Assembly: GCA_045580365.1 (NCBI GenBank)
Contig: JAZNNP010000010.1
Span: 14,384-46,383 of the forward strand
Reading direction: 5' to 3'
Source of the DNA: Faecousia sp.
Lineage (GTDB): Bacteria > Bacillota > Clostridia > Oscillospirales > Oscillospiraceae
DNA length: 32,000 bases
Part shown: positions 1-7,136 of the stretch, piece by piece
How the letters are laid out: each line of letters opens with the position of its first letter
Position numbering within the stretch: the first letter of the stretch is position 1
Position numbers and translations under genes: made by a program
The notes under the pieces: model-generated
What the model saw: the letters and a program-made list of their open reading frames with translations, nothing else
Database searches by the model: none
Told to the model about the DNA's origin: nothing

Positions 1-1236
1 GCCCAGACGGTACTGCTGGCGGTGGCGGTGGGAGACCGCGTCACCATTACCGACACCACCATCAACAGCAAGGGCGAGCTGGTGGTGACCTATTCCAACG
101 GCACCCAGGAAAATCTGGGCAAAGTGGTGGGCCAGGACGGCAGTGACGGCAAGGATGGCCTGGACGGCGTGGGTGGCAGCAGCACCGGCCCGGCGGCAGA
201 TCTGACCAAGACCGTTCGCAATGCGCTGAAAAGCTCTGTCAGCGTATTTTGTACCTTCACCAGCAACGAACTGGGCCGGCCTATGGAGTTTTCCACGGCC
301 GGATCCGGCGTGATCTATCGGCTGAACCGCTCGGAAGGGGATGCCTTCATCATCACCAACTACCATGTGGTGTACGACGAAAAAAGCATCACCAAAGACG
401 GCATTGCCCAGAAGATCGAAGTGTATCTGTACGGATCGGAATTTGCGGGCATGGAGATGGAGGCCACCTATGTGGGCGGCTCCATGTACTATGACATCGC
501 CATTTTGCGGATCGAGGACAATGACCGGCTGAAGAACGAAAATGTGACCGCGGTGAATGTGGCGGATTCCGACCTGCTCCAGGCCGGCAGTACGGCCATT
601 GCCATCGGCAATGCGGAAGCATCCGGCATTTCCACCTCCTTCGGCGTGGTCAGCGTGCCCTCGGAATATATCACCATGACCGGCGCCGACGGCAGGACCT
701 CCGTGGACTACCGGGTGATCCGGGTGGATGCGGCGGTGAATCACGGCAATTCCGGCGGTGGTTTGTTTGACGACAGCGGCCGGCTCATCGGCATCGTCAA
801 CGCCAAGACCGTGGATGACGGGGTAGAAAACATCGGCTACGCATTGCCTGCCAATGTGGTTCGGGCGGTGTCGGACAACATCATCGACTACTGCTTCGGT
901 ACGGATCGGACCTGCGTCATGCGGCCCATGATGGGCGTGACCATCACCACCACCGAATCCAAGGCCGAATACACGGAAAACGGCGTGTTTATCCGGGAGA
1001 CCATCGTGGTCTACGAAGTGACCCCGGGCCAGATCGGCAGTGTGTTCCAGGTGGATGATGTGCTGGTGTCCATGACCCTCAACGGCGTTACCAAGCAAAT
1101 CACCCAGCGGCATCATGTGATCGACACCATGGTCACCAGCCGTGTGGGAGATGTGGTGGATTTCGTGATCCTGCGCGATGGCAAGGAAATGACCGTGTCC
1201 GTTACGGTGACGGAAGGCTGTCTGACGGAGTATTAA
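1..1236 (+). CDS. Trypsin-like (S1C/HtrA-type) serine protease, 5' end outside window
   Basis: Reading frame is open from nt 1 (the listed 22..1236 ORF starts at an internal GTG). Catalytic contexts are visible: TNYHVV (His), YDIAIL (Asp), GNSGGGLF (Ser). A short collagen-like run GQDGSDGKDGLDG lies N-terminal of the protease domain. A terminator follows. Confidence 0.85.
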   Translation, partial: AQTVLLAVAVGDRVTITDTTINSKGELVVTYSNGTQENLGKVVGQDGSDGKDGLDGVGGSSTGPAADLTKTVRNALKSSVSVFCTFTSNELGRPMEFSTAGSGVIYRLNRSEGDAFIITNYHVVYDEKSITKDGIAQKIEVYLYGSEFAGMEMEATYVGGSMYYDIAILRIEDNDRLKNENVTAVNVADSDLLQAGSTAIAIGNAEASGISTSFGVVSVPSEYITMTGADGRTSVDYRVIRVDAAVNHGNSGGGLFDDSGRLIGIVNAKTVDDGVENIGYALPANVVRAVSDNIIDYCFGTDRTCVMRPMMGVTITTTESKAEYTENGVFIRETIVVYEVTPGQIGSVFQVDDVLVSMTLNGVTKQITQRHHVIDTMVTSRVGDVVDFVILRDGKEMTVSVTVTEGCLTEY

Positions 1237-1248
1237 GATCAGAAAGAA

Positions 1249-1277
1249 GGCGTGTCGCTTCGGTGACGCGCCTTTTT
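1249..1277 (+). terminator. Rho-independent terminator after protease gene
   Basis: ggcgtgtcgc-ttcg-gtgacgcgcc gives a 10-bp stem (two G-U pairs) with a UUCG loop, followed by ttttt. Confidence 0.7.
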
Positions 1278-1290
1278 GTGGGGTGTATAT

Positions 1291-1519
1291 GTTGTTATGT
1301 AAACTGCGAATGGATAACGGTTGACAGGCTTTGTTGTAGGACGGGGGTTTACTCCCGCCGTAGCAGTGGAGGTTAACGCACAATGCGGCGGGACCAAGGC
1401 CCCGCCCTACGATGTGAACGGAAGCGTTGGGGTGGTGTTGGCGGGCGGCCGCAAGGGTCGCCCCTACGCGGGAGGGGGAAGGCTTGGCGGGCGGCCGCAA
1501 GGGTCGCCCCTACGCGGGA
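1291..1519 (+). repeat. GC-rich modular hairpin repeat, copy A (leader + module 1 + module 2 + two tandem module-3 units)
   Basis: Aligns base-for-base at high identity with 6903..7081: gttatgtaaac leader, tgtagg(a/g)cgggggtttac(t/g)cccgcc, tgcggcggg(a/g)ccaaggc(c/t)ccgccctacg, then gggcg(g/a)ccgcaagggtcgcccctacgcggga. The last unit occurs twice, 46 nt apart (1440 and 1486). Confidence 0.85.
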
Positions 1520-1525
1520 GATCGT

Positions 1526-1558
1526 ATAAAAAAGGGGCCGATGGTGATCCATCGGCCC
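1526..1558 (-). terminator. Rho-independent terminator of the MFS-GDPD operon
   Basis: On the minus strand the hairpin gggccgatgg-atca-ccatcggccc is followed by ctttttttat, immediately 3' of the GDPD stop at 1565. Confidence 0.7.
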
Positions 1559-1564
1559 TGGGTT

Positions 1565-2371
1565 TTAAGGTTGGAAATTTTCAAATATCGGCAGGTTGCC
1601 TTCAGCCACGGCGGTGTCGTAATCAGCCTGGGAGCGGAGGGTCCAGCTTACATTTTGGCAGCCCCAGATTTTATGGCAGAGCCGGGGGGCAAGGCCCTTT
1701 CGGTCTGCAAAATTATAGGCGATGAAATCCGGCTGGGTGAGAAAATTGGTCAGCAGGTTCGTCAGCACCAGCCGCAGAGGCCAGGAAAGGGTGGAACTCT
1801 TGTCCGCCAGGAAATTCTGGGACAGCTGACCCCGGATCACCTCCGGGCGATTTTTCCGAAGCCACAGGATGCACCGGGGGTCAAAGGACTCGATGCAGTA
1901 AGGGCCGGCGTACTGATCCAGCAGATCGCAGGCGGCCCGGCAGAGGGCGGCGTGGTTGCCCCGCTCCGCTTTCAGCTCCACGATCATGGGGGCTTTGCCG
2001 GCGAAGAGTTCCAGCACCTGGGTGAACAGGGGGATGGTCTCCTCCGTGCCTTCCAGGCGGTAACCGGGCAGGTCTTCAGCGGTCAGATCTTCGATGAATA
2101 CCTCCGCGCCGGCGGTGCGCTTCAGGCTGGCATCATGGAGAACGGCCAGGCGGCCGTCGGCCATGAGGTGCAGATCCAGTTCGATGCCGTAGCCATGCTC
2201 CAGGGCCAGGCGGAAGGCGGCCATGGAATTTTCGGGCATGCCGTTGCCGTGAAGACCCCGGTGGGCATAGTTCCAGCCCCGGAGGGTGGGGAGATCTTGA
2301 TGACCCCTGCGGCACCGCAGTGCCAGCACATAGGCCGCCGCCAGCAGGAGCAGAATGATAAGAATCGGCAT
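1565..2371 (-). CDS. Membrane-anchored glycerophosphodiester phosphodiesterase (GDPD family)
   Basis: N-terminal hydrophobic helix MPILIILLLLAAAYVLAL, then the GDPD signature AHRGLHGNGMPENSMAAF...GIELDLHLMADGRLAVLHD. RBS aaggag sits 6 nt before the ATG, 9 nt after the MFS stop. Confidence 0.85.
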   Translation of the reverse strand: MPILIILLLLAAAYVLALRCRRGHQDLPTLRGWNYAHRGLHGNGMPENSMAAFRLALEHGYGIELDLHLMADGRLAVLHDASLKRTAGAEVFIEDLTAEDLPGYRLEGTEETIPLFTQVLELFAGKAPMIVELKAERGNHAALCRAACDLLDQYAGPYCIESFDPRCILWLRKNRPEVIRGQLSQNFLADKSSTLSWPLRLVLTNLLTNFLTQPDFIAYNFADRKGLAPRLCHKIWGCQNVSWTLRSQADYDTAVAEGNLPIFENFQP

Positions 2372-2380
2372 AGTTGCTCC

Positions 2381-3922
2381 TTAGTCGTCGTTATCGAAGG
2401 CTTCCAGGCCCTTTTTGGCCACCACCTTGCTGTCACCGTGGCGTACCATGGCCATGGTCACGAAGGCCAGGGCGACGAAAATGGTGCCGTAGGGGAACAG
2501 GACGGTCATACCCAGCTGGTCCATGAGGAAGCCGGAGACCATGGGGGTCAGGGTCTGGGCGGCCATGGAAGCGGTGTAGTAGAAGCCGGTGTACTTGCCC
2601 ACATCGGCGCCGGAGCACATCTCCACCACCATGGGGAAAGAGTTGACATTGATGGTGGCCCAGGCCACGCCGGCCAGGGCGAACAGGCAGTTGATCAGCA
2701 GCATGGGAGAGTCGGAACGGATGAAGGAGGCAGAGCCGAAGGCCACCGCCAGCATCACCACGCCGGCCATGATGGTCTTCTTGCGGCCGATCTTGGAGGC
2801 CACCATGCCCACGGGCACATAAGCCACCACCGCGGCGGCCTGGGCGATGATCATGGTGAAGTTATAGTCCTTGTCCAGCACATTGGCGGCGTAGACGGAA
2901 TATTTGGAAGTGATGGCGTTATAGCCGAAGAACCACAGCACAATGGAGGCCAGCAGGAACAGCAGGCTCCGCAGTTCGGCCTTGCTCAGGCCCCGCTTTT
3001 CGCCGGTGGGCTCTTCCTTTTCCTCAATGCCCAGGCGGATGGAGTCAGCTTCCATTTCGGCGGCCCACTTGGGCTCCCGGACGGTCAGCAGGAACACGGC
3101 CAGAGCCGCCAGCATGATGCCGCCCACCACACTGAAGAACACGGTGTAGGTCATCATGGCGTTTCGGATGGCGGTGGTGGAGAAGACCATGCCCAGTACC
3201 AGCACCACGATGCCGCCGGCCGTGCCCATCAGATTGATGATGGCGTTGGCCTTGGAGCGCAGGGGCTTGATGGTCACATCCGGCATCAGCGCCACGGCGG
3301 GGCTGCGGAAGGTGGCCATGGACACCAGGACGATGAGGAGCAATGCAATGAACAAGATCAAAGAAGAGGGGTCGCTTTCCGTCACCTGGGCGGCGTAAGC
3401 CTGCCGGACGGGAACCACGAAATTGGTGTAGTCGGGGTTGGTGGACTTGTCAGGCAGCTGCATCCGGATAGACAGGAAATCTTCCTTGGACAGTTTCTCG
3501 GAAAGGACGAACGCCTCACCCTCGGGGGTGTGGAGGGTCAGATCGGCTGCGTCGGAGTCGTAGAGGGTCTCCAGAGCGGCGGTGTCGTCAATGGCTGCCA
3601 CGGCGTCGATCTTCTGGAGCTGGGTGGCATCCACGAAGGACAAGCTTACGAAGGCGGCCACGGCGACGATGGTGCCGGTGACGATGAAGGGCGTGCGGCG
3701 GCCGTGACGGCTCTTGCACTTGTCGGAGAGTGTGCCGAACAGGGGCAGCATGAACAGGGCCAGGATATTATCGATGGCCATGATGACGCCGGACCAGGTT
3801 TGGCTCATGCCGAATTTGTTGGTCAGGATCAGGGGGATGATGCTGTCATAGGCCTGCCAGAAGGTGCAGATCAGAAAGAACGCAAAACCCACCAGGATCG
3901 TACGCTTGGTGTTGAGCTTCAT
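2381..3922 (-). CDS. MFS transporter, GPH/SLC45 (sucrose-transporter-like) type, with a large loop insertion
   Basis: Start chosen at MKLNTKR (ATG 3922) because gggagg lies 7 nt upstream. The loop 2-3 motif GTLSDKCKSRHGRRTPFI is typical of GPH/SUT-like MFS proteins, and about 12 hydrophobic segments are present. The listed ORF start at 3988 has no RBS. Confidence 0.8.
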   Translation of the reverse strand: MKLNTKRTILVGFAFFLICTFWQAYDSIIPLILTNKFGMSQTWSGVIMAIDNILALFMLPLFGTLSDKCKSRHGRRTPFIVTGTIVAVAAFVSLSFVDATQLQKIDAVAAIDDTAALETLYDSDAADLTLHTPEGEAFVLSEKLSKEDFLSIRMQLPDKSTNPDYTNFVVPVRQAYAAQVTESDPSSLILFIALLLIVLVSMATFRSPAVALMPDVTIKPLRSKANAIINLMGTAGGIVVLVLGMVFSTTAIRNAMMTYTVFFSVVGGIMLAALAVFLLTVREPKWAAEMEADSIRLGIEEKEEPTGEKRGLSKAELRSLLFLLASIVLWFFGYNAITSKYSVYAANVLDKDYNFTMIIAQAAAVVAYVPVGMVASKIGRKKTIMAGVVMLAVAFGSASFIRSDSPMLLINCLFALAGVAWATINVNSFPMVVEMCSGADVGKYTGFYYTASMAAQTLTPMVSGFLMDQLGMTVLFPYGTIFVALAFVTMAMVRHGDSKVVAKKGLEAFDNDD

Positions 3923-4007
3923 AGGGGTTGCCTCCCATTTTGGAATGTATGATATTATTATAGCGGAAAAAGGAAAAATGTCCAGCAAAATAAGCGGATG
4001 TTAAGAA

Positions 4008-4100
4008 GTGGGGGCGGTGTTGGTGGGCGACCGCAAGGGTCGCCCCTACGCGGGAAGGGGAAGGGGCTTGACGGGCGACCGCAAGGGTCGCCCCTACGCG
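4008..4100 (+). repeat. GC-rich hairpin repeat, copy B (two tandem module-3 units only)
   Basis: gtgttggtgggcgaccgcaagggtcgcccctacgcggga then ...cttgacgggcgaccgcaagggtcgcccctacgcg. It is co-linear with the 3' part of copy A, and the units are 48 nt apart (4022 and 4070). Confidence 0.8.
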
Positions 4101-4110
4101 AGTGGGAAAG

Positions 4111-4135
4111 GGCGTGCTGCATTTGCAGCACCCCC
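4111..4135 (-). terminator. Probable terminator of the folT-like gene
   Basis: gtgctgca/tgcagcac hairpin just 3' of the stop at 4144. The T-tract on the minus strand is poor (cctttccc). Confidence 0.4.
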
Positions 4136-4143
4136 TGAAAGGA

Positions 4144-5238
4144 TCACTTGGTATAAGAGATGGTCCAGCCGGTGATCTCGTCGGTGCTTTCGTTCTGGGT
4201 ATACTTCACAGAACCGACTTTCACCAGAGAGCCGTACTTGTCCTTGGAAGGACCGGACTTGGAATAGCCCCACAGGGTATCCAGGGTATACTTGGCATCG
4301 GCAGCCTGGCCTTTGGCAAAGGCTTCCTCGTCCAGCACATAGATGGAAACGGTGTAGTCCGTTTCTTTCTCAAAAAGACCACGGTAGGCACTGTCTACGA
4401 TGCAGATGAGGGTTGCATCGTCATAGGTGCTGTCCTGCGCTTCCACCAGAGCGGTGGCGGCCTTATTGGCTTCCACCCGTTCGGTATCGGAATAGTCGGC
4501 AGACCGGGAGGTGGTACCGTAGCGGTCGTTTAAGTAGAATACGGTGCCCGTCAGACCCACGGCGATGAGCAGCACCATGGCGATGACCTGCTTGGTATTG
4601 AACTGCAGGTCGGCATCGGGGCAGAAGGTGAGTTTGGCTCGCTGGGTCACCGGCAGCAGCACCTTCAAGAACAGGGTCAGCACCACGGTCTCGATGGGGA
4701 AGCAGACCAGATTCTTAAAGATCCGGGTGGTGGTCATAATGCCCATGATGGACTTGATGGCCGTTTCCGGCTGGCCCATATAGGCGTAGTACCAGGCGTA
4801 GATAAACTGCTGCAGCACCACATTGACCAGCAGGCAGATGCCAAACCGGGCCAGCATCACCCGGGTGGTATTGACATTACTGCGGTAAAGGAAGAGGGCA
4901 TAGATCACGGTGCCGGCGATCTCCGTGAGCATGAAGGGCAGGAAATAGTCGCCGGTGGGCCAAATGATAAAGCCGATGGTATCGGAAATAATGGCGGCGG
5001 GGATGGCGACCACCGGGCCGTAGATCATGGCGCCCAGGGCGGTGGCCAAAGTGGCGGTCTGGATGCTGAGGTTGGCGGCCAGGGGAATGGCCAGGGGCTT
5101 CAGGGCGATGCGCATGGCGGTGAGCAGAGCCGCGATGACCAGCATCCGGGTGCTTTTCAGCTCGGAAGCGGCATCGCGCCAATAGGCCCGGGAAAAGGGA
5201 TGGCGGTACAGTGCAGTGGAACGGGGTTGATTGGACAT
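4144..5238 (-). CDS. folT: Folate-family ECF transporter S component fused to an extra TM helix and a C-terminal soluble domain
   Basis: Start at MSNQPRS (ATG 5238) with aaaggagg 7 nt upstream. The core has S-component patterns (RMLVIAALLTAMRIAL, MIYGPVVAIPAAIISDTIGFIIWP) and is preceded by a THF riboswitch. Residues about 217-236 form an additional TM helix, and residues about 237-364 are a hydrophilic domain. Confidence 0.75.
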   Translation of the reverse strand: MSNQPRSTALYRHPFSRAYWRDAASELKSTRMLVIAALLTAMRIALKPLAIPLAANLSIQTATLATALGAMIYGPVVAIPAAIISDTIGFIIWPTGDYFLPFMLTEIAGTVIYALFLYRSNVNTTRVMLARFGICLLVNVVLQQFIYAWYYAYMGQPETAIKSIMGIMTTTRIFKNLVCFPIETVVLTLFLKVLLPVTQRAKLTFCPDADLQFNTKQVIAMVLLIAVGLTGTVFYLNDRYGTTSRSADYSDTERVEANKAATALVEAQDSTYDDATLICIVDSAYRGLFEKETDYTVSIYVLDEEAFAKGQAADAKYTLDTLWGYSKSGPSKDKYGSLVKVGSVKYTQNESTDEITGWTISYTK

Positions 5239-5271
5239 AAAAATTCCTCCTTTTTGATCGATCCGGACCAA

Positions 5272-5303
5272 TAAAAAAGCCCCTGCGTCCAATGACGCAA
5301 GGG
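5272..5303 (-). terminator. Intrinsic terminator acting as riboswitch expression platform (attenuator)
   Basis: Minus strand cccttgcgtc-attg-gacgcaggg is followed by gcttttttatt. It lies between the THF aptamer and the RBS of the folT-like gene. Confidence 0.7.
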
Positions 5304-5397
5304 AGTTTCCAGATCCGGTGTGGGCAGGACGACGAAACAGCCGGCATCCAAACCCGACCGAGTATCGTTGCTACATAAAGGAGAGAGTCCTGTATGC

Positions 5398-5493
5398 AAC
5401 AGCGGGTGCGGTGACAGCATCGTGGAATGATCCTTCGTCCTCCAGGCAACTCCCCGTCCTGATGGCACTTAACGCGCTGTCTCCTACTCTGTT
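5398..5493 (-). promoter_or_regulatory. THF (tetrahydrofolate) riboswitch aptamer
   Basis: The minus strand reads AACAGAGUAGGAGACAGCGCGUUAAGUGCC...GGACGGGGAGUUGCC...GGACGAAGG...CUGUCACCGCACCCGCUGUU. From memory it shares AGAGUAG, CGCGUUAAGUG, GGGA, ACGAAG and CCGCU blocks with the Eubacterium siraeum folT THF riboswitch. P1 (AACAG/CUGUU) and P2 (GACAG/CUGUC) pairings are present. Confidence 0.85.
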
Positions 5494-5500
5494 CGGAAAC

Positions 5501-5529
5501 ATTCTACACGATATTGGAAAAAATGTAAA
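5501..5529 (-). promoter_or_regulatory. Sigma-A type promoter for riboswitch-folT transcript
   Basis: Minus strand TTTACA (5529..5524), 17-nt spacer, TAGAAT (5506..5501), just upstream of the aptamer. Confidence 0.55.
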
Positions 5530-5572
5530 TAGTTTTTCAAAAAATGTGGGACAAATTTTGCCCTCTGCGGCC

Positions 5573-5601
5573 TTGTATGGCGGGGGGATATGGTGTATAA
5601 T
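5573..5601 (+). promoter_or_regulatory. Sigma-A type promoter for capA
   Basis: TTGTAT (5573..5578), 17-nt spacer, TATAAT (5596..5601). Confidence 0.5.
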
Positions 5602-5631
5602 GAGGAAAATGCAGGAGAAAGGAGGCCGGTT

Positions 5632-6846
5632 ATGGCCAGGCATTATCGGGCGCCGCGGATGCGGCGGTATATTCCCCGGCGGACCAAGATCGCCGTGGGC
5701 ATCACAGCGCTGGCGGTTATCGTCATTGGGTTGATCGTGACCGGCTTTCTGAAAGGCTGGATCTCGGTGCCCCGGTTCCCCTGGGAGGAAGAACCCACGG
5801 TGACCGTGCCGACCCAGCCGTCGCCGGATACGGTGATCCATCTGGTGGCCGGCGGTGATGTGAATATTACGGACCGGGTCATTGCCGGCGGCGGCAACGG
5901 CCGGGATTACAGCGGCACGCTGCTGGATGTGCTGCCGGTGCTGTCCGGCGCGGATCTGTCCATTCTGAATTTTGAGGGGAATGTATACGGCGGCGCCGAT
6001 TCCGCCTCTGCGCCGGAGCAGCTGCTGCGGGATTTGTACCGGGGCGGTGTGGATGTATTGCAGACTGCCAATTCCCATTCCATCACCAATGGACTTTTGG
6101 GCCTGGCGGCCACCAACAACGCCATCCGGGGCGCGGGGATGCAGCCCCTGGGTACATACGCCAGCGAGGCGGAATTTGAGCAGTACCGGGGCTATTTGAT
6201 CTATGAGATCCAGGGGATCAAGATCGCCCTGGTGGCCTTTACCAAGGGCATGGACGGCCGGAATCTGCCGGAGGGCAATGAGCATTGCGTGAATTTGCTG
6301 TACACCGATTACAGCAGTACTTATAAGAAAGTCAACGAAGACGGCATCACCGATGTGATCCGGCAGGCCCAGAAGGAAGAGCCGGACCTGGTGATCGCCC
6401 TGCTGCACTGGGGCGGCGAATACAACGACCAGATCAGTGGCACCCAAAAGCAGATCGTCAGGCTCATGAAAAAGCTGGGGGTGGACGCGCTGATTGGCAC
6501 CCATTCCCATCATGTGCAGCAGATGGGATTCCAGGATCAGGGCGAGATGTTCGTGGCCTATTCTCTGGGCGATTTCATGGGCGATGCGGAGACGGTGAAC
6601 ACCGGCTATGGCGTGCTGCTGGATCTGCAGATCACCAAGGACGGCCCCAGCGGGGCGGTGCGGATCAGCGGCTACGAATATATACCCATCTACCAGCATT
6701 ATCGGGAGGATGGGACATTGGAGCTGCTGCGAATCCGGGAGGCCATGGCGGCCTATGAGAACAATTACATCGGCCGGGTGTCCGAGGAAGTGTACAACGC
6801 CATGAAAACGGCGCTGGCGCGGATCGAATCCCGGGTCAAAGGATAA
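5632..6846 (+). CDS. CapA-family (PGA_cap metallophosphatase-like) membrane-anchored protein
   Basis: Start at MARHYRAPR (ATG 5632) with aggagg 7 nt upstream. It has an N-terminal TM helix (IAVGITALAVIVIGLIVTGF), then CapA-like blocks VAGGDVN, LNFEGN, ANSHS, LLHWGGEY, GTHSHHVQ. Confidence 0.8.
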   Translation: MARHYRAPRMRRYIPRRTKIAVGITALAVIVIGLIVTGFLKGWISVPRFPWEEEPTVTVPTQPSPDTVIHLVAGGDVNITDRVIAGGGNGRDYSGTLLDVLPVLSGADLSILNFEGNVYGGADSASAPEQLLRDLYRGGVDVLQTANSHSITNGLLGLAATNNAIRGAGMQPLGTYASEAEFEQYRGYLIYEIQGIKIALVAFTKGMDGRNLPEGNEHCVNLLYTDYSSTYKKVNEDGITDVIRQAQKEEPDLVIALLHWGGEYNDQISGTQKQIVRLMKKLGVDALIGTHSHHVQQMGFQDQGEMFVAYSLGDFMGDAETVNTGYGVLLDLQITKDGPSGAVRISGYEYIPIYQHYREDGTLELLRIREAMAAYENNYIGRVSEEVYNAMKTALARIESRVKG

Positions 6847-6852
6847 CAAGAA

Positions 6853-6892
6853 CCCCCGACGGACAGTTGTGGTCTGTTGGGGGTGTTATTTT
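6853..6892 (+). terminator. Rho-independent terminator after capA
   Basis: cccccgacggac...gtctgttggggg stem (with G-U pairs) followed by tgttatttt. Confidence 0.6.
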
Positions 6893-6902
6893 GGAAGCGC
6901 AT

Positions 6903-7081
6903 GGTGTTATGTAAACCATGGGCTGGAGGTAATTTGGTTTGTTGTAGGGCGGGGGTTTACGCCCGCCGTTGCCGCGGAGTTTTACCCGCAATGCGGCGGG
7001 GCCAAGGCTCCGCCCTACGGTGAGGACGGAAGCGTTGGGGTGTGGTTAGCGGGCGACCGCAAGGGTCGCCCCTACGCGGGA
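6903..7081 (+). repeat. GC-rich modular hairpin repeat, copy C (leader + modules 1, 2, 3)
   Basis: Co-linear with 1291..1472 at high identity (see copy A). The listed ORF 6869..7084 is simply its translation. Confidence 0.85.
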
Positions 7082-7092
7082 TGACGGGGAGC

Positions 7093-7123
7093 AAAAACCG
7101 CCCCCTCGGGAAGGAGGGGGCGG
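7093..7123 (-). terminator. Rho-independent terminator of holB-ricT operon
   Basis: Minus strand ccgccccctc-cttccc-gagggggcgg followed by tttttgc, directly 3' of the ricT stop (7137). Confidence 0.75.
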
Positions 7124-7136
7124 AGTGGGTATGGGA

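Noticed and set aside
1321-1725. 134-aa ORF, and the similar 6869..7084 ORF, with shared peptide VVGRGFTPAV...GRKGRPYAG
   Set aside because: The shared peptide is just the translation of the intergenic hairpin repeat. No RBS is present, and the similarity is at the nucleotide level and includes non-coding-style palindromes.
1427-3952. 841-aa plus-strand ORF, the longest in the window
   Set aside because: It runs antisense to two well-recognised genes (GDPD and MFS). Its product is G/H/Q/A/D low-complexity sequence with no motif. It begins inside the REP-like repeat and has no RBS. It is a typical high-GC antisense open frame.
1440-4100. Possible mini-CRISPR: tandem 33-nt palindromic units spaced 46-48 nt apart at 1440/1486 and 4022/4070
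   Set aside because: Only two units occur per locus, the intervening segments are about 13-15 nt and similar between loci (ggggaaggctt), and no cas genes or leader are present. They fit REP/BIME-type repeats instead.
5371-6849. 492-aa minus-strand ORF opposite capA. The same class includes 7125..8387, 15768..16847, 17380..18414, 23960..25015, 25117..26373, 29072..30448 and 29892..30968.
   Set aside because: Each is antisense to a gene with strong family motifs (capA, ricT, THUMP methylase, rluD, alaX, gap, nucleotidyltransferase/GH25) and lacks an RBS. All are attributed to GC-driven stop-codon depletion.
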